Source of the DNA: Girardia tigrina
Taxonomy: Eukaryota
DNA: 56,875 nucleotides
NCBI GenBank assembly: GCA_001938485.1
Contig: MQRK01254813.1
Location: forward strand, 1 to 56,875
Direction of reading: 5' to 3'
The translations under genes were made by a program, and so were the position numbers. This document shows positions 48,281 to 56,875 of this stretch, piece by piece. Each line of letters opens with the position of its first letter. Position 1 is the stretch's first letter. A model generated the notes under the pieces. The model was given only the letters and a program-made list of their open reading frames with translations, had not been told where the DNA came from and searched no databases.

Positions 48281-51200
48281 GGACATCCGGAAGATCCAGT
48301 TGCGCAACTTACTCCGCTGGGATGGACGTGTGTGGGGAAGGTACATCAAGACTATAAATCAACTCAATCCAATTTTATTTGGACATTTTTCAGCCGCGAA
48401 ATCAAAGCAGAGAGCAACGTGGAACTTCTCTGGAAATTGGAAGAATTCGAAAATCTCGACGATGTCAGAGGAAAAGTTAATGCAACTGAAGGAAATGGGA
48501 TCCTAAGTCGAACATCGGAAGCTGTTCATTATGACGGGGAGAGACACTGTGTCGGGTTACCATGAAAAGACAAGGTGGAATTGTGACCAAGCACGTTTGT
48601 AATGGAAAATATTAGATTGAAATCCCTCCGAAAATTGCTAGATAAACAACCGGAAGTGAAAGAGCTTTATCAGAGAGTGTTGCAAGAATATATCGAAAAA
48701 GGATACATTTCAGAAATGGGATCCGTGAACAGAGATAGACAACAATGGATCTTACCACACTTCCCTGTGGTCAAGCGTAACCAAGGAGAAATTAAACTCC
48801 GAATTGTGTTTGATGCAGCCGCCCAAGTTCAAGGGAGATGTCTTAACGATTATTAGCACACAGGGCCAAAGCTGCAGTCAGAATTATTGGATGTACTTCT
48901 GAGAATGCGAAAAAATCGTATGTAATATCGTGTGATATCAAGGAAATGTATCTGCAAGTAGAGGTGTGTAAAGATGATAGAAAATTCTTGCGTTTCCTAT
49001 GGGAAGACAATCAGAGCGGAATATTGAAGATTTTCGAATTCAATCGAGTGGTGTTTTGTCTAAATTCGTCGCCGTTTTTAGCACAGCTCGTTTGCAGAAT
49101 AAATGCAGATCAATTTGAAGAAAAATATCCACGAGCGGTGGAAGTTATAAAGAAATCGACATATATGGATGCCTGTATAGATTCTGTGAATTCGGAAAAG
49201 GAGGAGACAAAGCTGTTCAGACAATTAGAAGAGATATGGGATCACGCCGGTATGGAAGTTCATAAATGGGCCTCAATTTCTGAAAGATTGATGCAGTTAG
49301 TTCCGGAAGAGAAGCGATCAAAGAATATTACGTTTGAAAAAGAAGGGGCGAAGACTACCAAAACCTTGGGGTTGAAATGGGACGTCTCAAATGATATCTA
49401 TTGTTTTGACGCCAGAAAAGTGGATGGTGAAACGAAAATGACAAAACGAACTTTACTTAGTCAGCTAGCAAGGATTTTCGATCCATTAGGATTTTTGAGT
49501 TGTGTCACCATAAAGGGAAAGATCTTAATGCATAAACTGTGGATCATGAACTTAGACTGGGACGATAATTTGCCAGAGGAATTCCGAAAACTCTTTCGGA
49601 ATTGGCATGAACAATTGGAACGGTTAGATCGATTGCAATTCAAACGATATCTGGGAGTTTCGNCAGAATCTTCGATTTCATGCCATGTGTTTTGTGATGC
49701 CTCTTGCGAAGCCTATGGGACCGCAGTATATTTGAGAGTAGAAAATGAGAACGAAGTAGTACAACTACTCAAGTGTTTGCAAAAGCTCGAGTGACTCCAG
49801 TGAAATCGGTCTCGATTCCAAGATTGGAGCTCGTCGCGGCATGTTTAGCGGTGAAGGTGGGCCAGAGAGTGTTCAATTCGTTGGGAGTCAATGTCGAACA
49901 GACATTTTATTGGACAGACAAGATGGATGTCTTATATTGGATTCAGCAACGAAGCAAGGTCTTCAAAATGTTCGTGGCAAATCGTGTAAGTTACATCCAA
50001 GAACGAACAACAGGGCTTCAATGGCGTGATGTGAGTTCAAAGTCCAATCCTGCTGATTTGCTCATGCGAGAAGCAACGGTTGAAAAATTAACGACCAATG
50101 AGATCTGGAGAAGTGGACCTGAGTTTCTGTCAAAAGGAAGTGAAGAGTGGCCGAAGCAACCAGCAATGTCAATTAAAGCAAAAACGAAAAACGCAGAAAA
50201 GAGTTCATAATGATGACTGTAGTTTCGGTGATGAACCAGAGGAGATAGATGATACCAAATTCTGGATTCTGACAGGAGAAACGGAGTGGGCGAAGGCAAT
50301 TGCGGAAAAGGCCGAAAGTCTAAAAGACGAGATGGAAAATACACCAAGAAAAGATGTAATAGACAATAACAGTTTATCTAAAAATGAATCTCAATGGACG
50401 CGCATGGCTGAGAAAATGTTAATAAAAGAAGATCAATTGAATCATTTTTAGAAAGAGATAAAGCTCCTATAGAATGGGGCTGATTGTCCAGTGAGCAGTC
50501 AAATTTTGAAAGCAAATCCAGTGATTGCATCAGACGGATTGCTTCGATCGAACAGCAGGATTGTATTGACTGATGTGGTACCGTGGGAAACTAAGTAACC
50601 GGTCATATTAGCTCACGATTCGGATATTACAAAAATGATTATCAACCACTACCACGTTAATCTAAAACATTGTGCCGGGGTCAGCCATCTACATGCCGAA
50701 TTGTCAAGGAAGTATTGGTTCCCAAAAATGAAAAGGAAAATCAAAACGGTGATCAGACGATGTCAAGAATGTAGACGGAACTCTGCGACTGGAAAGTTCC
50801 AAAAGATGGCACCTTTACCAGAGTTCAGATTGAAGGAACCATTACGGGCTTTTTCAGTAGTAGGAGTCGACTATGCGGGACCTATTTGTATCAAGGTCGG
50901 ACGTGGGAAGGTCCAGGATAAAAGGTATATCTGTCTGTTTACTTGCCTCCAGAGTCGAGGCATACGTCTCGAACTGGCCTCAAGTCTGGAAACAGATGCC
51001 TTCATCAGAGCGTTTATACGATTCATGAGCAGACGAGGACTACCTTCCACAGTTGTGAGTGACAATGGTACAAATTTCGTCGGTGCCGTGAACGAGATAG
51101 TGGAGTTGAAGCTGGACAATTATAGATTGCGAAGTGAGCACGAGAAACATGAGATCAGATGGATCTTCAATCCACCAGGAGCTCCACATTTCGGAGGGGC

Positions 51201-51735
51201 ATATGAGGCAATGGTAAAGTCCGTCAAAAGAGTTCTAAATAAAATCCTACCGGAGGCCGATGTGACGGAAGAGGAGTTGACAACAGCTTTGATCATGACG
51301 GAGGGGATTATAAACGGGAGACCATTGACTATGAAGTGTGAAGATCCTGTTGAGGAAGTCCCTTTGTCACCAAATAATCTGATTATAGCTGGGTGGGATG
51401 GAGAGCATCCTGGAGAATTAGCAGGATCCACTAAAAGTCGTATTGTTGCCCGATGGTGACATGTTCAGAATTTAACCAAACAGTTCTGGTGTAGATGGAG
51501 GAAAGAAGTTCTGATCTCTAAGGAGAACTAGAGAGAAATAGAGGAGAGGAGAGATTAGATTCTTACCTGGAGATAATGTATGGATATTGGAAGAGAATGC
51601 CAGACAGGACATTGGAAGATTGGGAGAATTACACAAGTATTCCCAGGTAGAGATGATGTGGTTCGTGTGGTGGACGTCGAGATTGGAAAGAAGGTCCACC
51701 GAATGCCTGTGAATAAATTGTGTAAGATGTAATTA
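48281..51735 (+). pseudogene. pol: BEL/Pao pol (RT, RNase H, integrase) with several stops and frameshifts
   Basis: LPHFPV..KLRIVFDAA, YMDA (mutated YMDD), FCDAS..AYG, SIPRLEL, GVDYAGP, SDNGTNFVGA, PPGAPHFGG. Confidence 0.95.
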
Positions 51736-53285
51736 TATGAGGAGGATCCAACCCAGTTGAGTCAATAAAAGAGTTATTTCGGGAGGGGCGATTGATCCAA
51801 AACAGCCTAGGTCAAGTTTCGGGAATTCTGGAAGGGGGAAATGGAAGAGATCAATCGCGAGACCGAAACCACCTGCTGGTGAAGAAAGTGGAGAAATGAT
51901 TGGAAGGATGTGGAGGAGATGTCTCGACTTGAAGGGCTGAGGGCCTGAGAAAAATAAGGTATGATCTATGGAAAGTTGATGAGTGAGTATGTTGAACAGT
52001 AAGGTATGGTTGAGAATGAATGTGATGAATAGTTGAAAGCTTGAAATAGACTGTTGGGTATGATTGAGTATGAATCTGACCACTAGTGGTCAGAAGGGGG
52101 GAGAATGTTTGATTGTAAAATGAGCGCGATGAAATTCGTCATGAAGAGAAAATGCTATTAATAAAACAGCTGAGTGTATTTATATGAAATTTCAAGAGAA
52201 AAATTAAATAATGAATGATGATTCAGAAGAAATATGAAAGTCTTTCTTTAGTGACATCCACAACGTCGGCAATCATGCTGACCGTGTTCTCATTGTGGTT
52301 GTCTCTGGCCACGCACCTCTACGCTCGCGTTTTGCGTCACAACTAATAAGTTACTCATTTTATCTCTATATAGTTCTACCTTGCGGAACACGACGCTCAA
52401 ACTCTCGGGTCTGCTCGAAACATCTGGAATGGTCGTGTCTTGGACGAGGATCGTTGTCTCAATCGCAAATCGTCTTATTGTCTCAGTTAAAAATCGTCTC
52501 GTCCAAATTCCCACGCATCAAATTAGCTGCCGTAGTTTCGCAACTGATTGATTTAAACAAATGCGAAACTATTCACTTGTGTAACCGATTATCACTAAAA
52601 TCGCGAACGAGAGAGTTTGTCCATCGAATCGGCGACGAAATTCCAGTCGGAAAAAAAATTTGGAAAATTTGAGGACAGATATTTTTAAAAATAAATCAAT
52701 CGTTGAAGCAGAGGAATTCTACTATAATACAATTACAAAAAATCAATTGTACTAATCACAGACGAATTGGTCGTCAAGACGACGGGGGTTGCGATGTATG
52801 TTTCATGGGAAATTTTAATTTGAAAGCGAATTGGTTATCTTATTCTTTTGGTGTTAATTATATCTGGGAGTTTGATGATCTGGAAATTTCGACGAAATTT
52901 AATTGTTTTGTCAGAACATTCGATCCTTCAGTAACAAAAAAAATCCGAATGAAATTCCAGCCAGTTAAAAATAGGCAACCCACGATTGGCCGATCTAAAA
53001 ATAGATTGGCCAATCTGGGAATGATGTTAATTTTTTGTGAAAAATGATTTATTGAAATTTAACGTTTCCGAAAAATATTCGGTTATTTCGATTCTTGTTT
53101 AAATTAATTAATTTGAGAAATTAAATAAATTTTGGCGCAAAGTGATTTTTTTTAATCTGATTTGTTTTTTAAAAGAAGCAGCCATTTTTTATTTTAAAAC
53201 GTTTTCTTGTTTGCTGGAAAATAGAGATTGAGAGGTTCGAGTTTCGGTGGCTGTGGTTTGATTTCGTACAAAATTTTTTTTAAAA

Positions 53286-53458
53286 ATGGAATCGGTACCA
53301 AACAGCACAATTTACATGAACAATCTTGATAAAAGAATCAAAAAAGAAGAGCTAAAAAAGCTCTATTTGCCGTGTTCTCTCAATTCGAACGAAATCTCGA
53401 AATTATGGTCAGTACACGATTAAAATTGAAAGGTCAAGCGTTTGTTGTGTTTGAAAAT
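53286..53458 (+). pseudogene. Captured U1A/U2B''(SNF) RRM1 N-terminal fragment; second copy at 44958-45124
   Basis: [34 protein letters not shown](G/E)..L.IMVSTRLKLKGQAFVVF. Confidence 0.9.
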
Positions 53459-53737
53459 ATCAAATGCCCTGAAGCTTATTGTACTAAGTCAATTGAAAAT
53501 AGAGAAATAAAAAAGCTCTTAAATGAAAATGATTATGAATTGTATATGAGAAAATCGTTAAATCGTGTTAAGCCAAAGTTGGTCAATTCATATCAATGTC
53601 AAACTCCGAACTGTGACTTCTTCTGTGAATTATATGACAAAAATCTGAAGACCTTAAAATGTCCAAAATGTAAAGAGGAAAATTGTCTTTCTTGTAAAGC
53701 TGTCCACCCAAAAGAGAAATGTAAAGACTATCAAGCT
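53459..53737 (+). pseudogene. Captured RBR E3 ligase (HOIL-1/RBCK1-like) fragment covering the RING1 end and IBR; second copy at 45125-45403
   Basis: IKCP..C...IENREIKKLL..Y..SL..NSYQCQTPNC..C..KCPKC..NCLSCKAVH..CKDYQ. Confidence 0.8.
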
Positions 53738-53833
53738 AGAAAAGACAGAATATTTGTGCCACCTAAAACCGCGATGCAATCCGGAACCTTTTGGATGAGG
53801 AATTGGAGAATCGAATCTGATCAGCTAGAGAAA
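53738..53833 (+). pseudogene. Captured NDUFS4 (complex I 18-kDa subunit) fragment; second copy at about 45404-45491
   Basis: RKDRIFVPPKTAMQSGTFW(T/M)RNWRIESD, compared with the family motif R.VRIF.P...AMQSG...T..W.IEFD. Confidence 0.75.
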
Positions 53834-54179
53834 GATGTGCGAATAACGTTGGAAACGGCAATCGGGAAATTTGAAATCAGTGAGATTATTAATTTAAATC
53901 CCCCGTGTCCCGCAACCCACCCACCATCGCTAACACGTCGCAACCACAAAGCTGCGCTGGGCTCTTGCACCACCAACACTTAGTAAAACAAGGTCATTTT
54001 TTAAAATGAATTTAATAATTTTTACTTTATCGAGATCTAAACTTCCTAAATGAAAAAATAACAATATCATTGCATTTAATGGTGATCTCATTTTTGAAAA
54101 AGATAATCTCATATTGGTGTTTTCATTTAAGACTTTTTAATAAAATTAAAAGCTTTTATTGTTATTAAAATAAATGATG

Positions 54180-55030
54180 AATAAAATAAATAAAACCGTG
54201 GTTTCGATAGATTTTACAAACAAACAGGAAGAACCTTGGAGTTAGAAACGACAAACAATCATGTTGGAAAAATTACCCAAGAAATCAGCTTTTTTATCGA
54301 AAATTTAATTGAAAGAAATAATACAATTACCTTGAAAAATTAAATTTGAAATATATTTGAAGTTAATTTGTCAGTTGAAACGATTAAGAAACATCTTAAT
54401 AAATTAAAAATTACTCTTAAAAGAAGTAGTCATGTTCTTGATAGAGAAAATGACGAAGAAAGACTTGAATTGAGAAAAGTATATGCTGTAGATTTCCTTA
54501 CCAAATTTTCAGTCGATGATAGGAAAAATATTTTTTATTGATGAGAGTGGATATAACCTGGATCTTAGACAAAATTATGGAAGAATTTTATCAGGGAAAA
54601 GGGTTTACAATGTTGTTCCTGCAATTAGAGGAAGGAACACAAAACCTTTAATGTCCATAAATAATGAACGTATTATTTATTATAAAATTTTTTAAGGTAG
54701 TTGTAATAGTGCAATCTTTTCTGAATTTTTAGTCGAACTTAATCAAAACTTGGTTGATACTTCCCAAATAACTGATGGAAAATTGATTATAGATAACGCT
54801 CCGCCACACACATCAGAAAACACGAGACTAAATTTTTCAAGATTACGTAATGAACCAAAATTTATATCACCGTATTCATTTATGCTGAATCCAAATGAAT
54901 TTAGTTTCAGCAAAATAAAAAATTCCGTTAGAACAGTAATGAATCAAAATATAATTGATGATTTTGGAGAAGTTATTTTAAATGGGATATGATCTGTGAC
55001 ACTGGATGATTGTAATGGATAATTATAGGT
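54180..55030 (+). mobile_element. IS630/Tc1-like DD34E transposase remnant
   Basis: KITLKR, IFIDESGYN, RGRN, IIDNAPPH with 34 residues to the E in SPYSFMLNPNE. Confidence 0.85.
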
Positions 55031-55633
55031 TAAATAGGAGTATAGTATATGTAATATATTAATTTTACAAATAAATATAAGAAAATATTATATGATAAAA
55101 TTTCATGAGTCGGGTATTTTTTTTGTATCTATATTTTCTGATAAAGTACAAATTTTATCTACAATTTTCATCTACTATTTTGATTGGTGTGTCATTTTTT
55201 TTAAAAATCAAACAGTTTTATTTTAATTTAACAAACATGAGTTATTGATTTATTGTTTATCAATTCGATATCGATTCGAAAATTTGAGTCTGCTCAACAA
55301 TTAATCCAATTCCTTGTTTTATTTTGATTATTTATCAGTTAATTGTTGTCGTTTTCATTGAACGATCTTACAAATCGATCAGGTAAATGAGATTTTTCAA
55401 TTATCCTTTATCAAAACAAAAAAAACAAAACAAAATCTCTAATAAAAAATGATTTTATTTTGCAGAATCTTTGTCGACATTATTATGTTTCATAATGTTT
55501 AATAAAAATTCCATTAATTAATTTCGGTTAATTACTTATATGCGTTTGTTTAAATGAAGATATACGACACACGTTAACCAAGAACAGAAATTAAAAATAA
55601 AGAAATCGATATATTAACAAGTACGTAAGTGAT

Positions 55634-55875
55634 AATTTCAGACAAATTTTTACAATCGTTTATTTATCCACCTTCCGAATAAAATCCAATCCCTTACGAA
55701 TTTTTGCTATTGTCAATCTATCAATCTTTCAGATCCAAACCAATTTCGGACAAATTTTTACAATCGTTTATTTATCCACCTCCCAAATAAAATCCAATTC
55801 CTGACAAATTTTTGCAATTGTTTATCTATCAAACATTCAAATCAAAATCCATTTTTACAATCGATTATTTATCAA
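55634..55875 (+). repeat. Tandem repeat of about 108 bp (two copies plus a partial third)
   Basis: AATTTC.GACAAATTTTTACAATCGTTTATTTATCCACC is repeated. Confidence 0.75.
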
Positions 55876-56875
55876 TCATTCGATTCATTTTTCTATCAAA
55901 GATTATATATCACTGCATAAAGAGTTGTAAGTTAAAATTTTATTTTTTTTGTGTATATTCATAGTTATAATTAAATCCCTGTCTTAATTTTATTTTTATT
56001 TAATTATAGTAAAAATTAACTATAATAGTATATATATAGGAGTATAAGTATAGGTTAATTAGGAGAAACTGTGCTCTTGTAATAAAAAAATAGGTTTGAA
56101 AAAAATTGTGTTTGTCTGATTTTGTTGGTTTTAAATATATGTTTTATATATTTTATTACATATAAAAACACTTAAATTTTTTTAAAAATAAATTAAAAAA
56201 AATTTAATTCATTGATTAATGTCTTAATTTATATTTGAAAAGTCTTAAATGATAATTGAAAAGTTCTAAATGATACTGGAAATGCTATAAAAGTCGGTTT
56301 TAAACATTGAATTTAATTTCAATTGAAGATTTTAATGAAATATTCAGAACGAGTGAGTTTAAATTAGTGAGGACGAGTATTTCTGAGGAATTATAATTCG
56401 TTTGTTTTGAAAATTTTAAAGAGAATTTTAAAGAACGATTTTAGCCAAATGAAGTTCAAGTTGTAAAATATTTTGTCGTGGCGTTTTGAGAGTATTGCGG
56501 TTGAGTCATTTTAGACGGGTTACTTGGCCTTTGCGATTTTTTAATAGATAGATTTGTTTTTGCCGAATTTTATCAATTGGAAGAAAACGATTATTTTGAG
56601 CTGATTAATGTTCCAATATGAGTCGAACAAATAAAACAATTTTGGCATTCTTAAAAATATTCACTTGAGCACCATGATTTTTATAGTAGTTGTCTTAGGC
56701 ATCTCAAGGACTGCAAAAACATACAGCATAACGACAATGATATTTGTACAATTGTAACTGTAAGTAGCGTTTATGCCACTTTCATTATTATCATATTCTT
56801 GAGCCATGATTTAACACCACAAAAATTTATTCATATAACAATTCACATTTCTAAAACAAATTTTCCTGTTAATTT

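Larger units (their letters stand above)
43777..53975 (+). mobile_element. Full-length, decayed BEL/Pao LTR retrotransposon
   Basis: ACACT TSD at 43772-43776 and 53976-53980. Paired TG..CA LTRs, PBS, PPT and a Pao-type pol. Confidence 0.95.
52106..53975 (+). repeat. 3' LTR (1870 bp), preceded by PPT AGAAGGGGGGAGAA
   Basis: Direct repeat of the 5' LTR. Confidence 0.95.

Overview
AT-rich eukaryotic (animal) DNA; the 28S fragment and element types suggest a flatworm (low-moderate confidence). The window is almost entirely nested, decaying transposable elements with one plausible host gene (secreted C-type lectin, 32521-33294). Main points. (1) A minus-strand Ty3/Gypsy-type element (18850-25765). 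Removing two TSD-flanked insertions and reading through point lesions gives one polyprotein: Gag(3xCCHC) - two ubiquitin-like domains - internal signal peptide - chuvirus-like glycoprotein - aspartic protease, so env sits between gag and pol. (2) A full-length BEL/Pao element (43777-53975, ACACT TSD) with a 76-aa ubiquitin moiety ending LRLRGG at the start of gag, which the ORF track misses, and CCCH fingers where CCHC knuckles are expected. Its ~1.86-kb LTRs are mosaics of sense-oriented host mRNA fragments (METTL24-like, U1A/U2B'', HOIL-1-like RBR, NDUFS4). (3) A second mosaic block containing SMYD and 28S rRNA pieces (3105-5608). (4) A NeSL-like non-LTR element with tandem Ulp1 domains and an array of the U1-snRNA-like motif ACTTACCTG. 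Also present are other Gypsy fragments, solo LTRs, and Chapaev3, mariner, Tc1/IS630 and piggyBac-type elements. All family calls come from manual translation and motif recognition; no searches were run.
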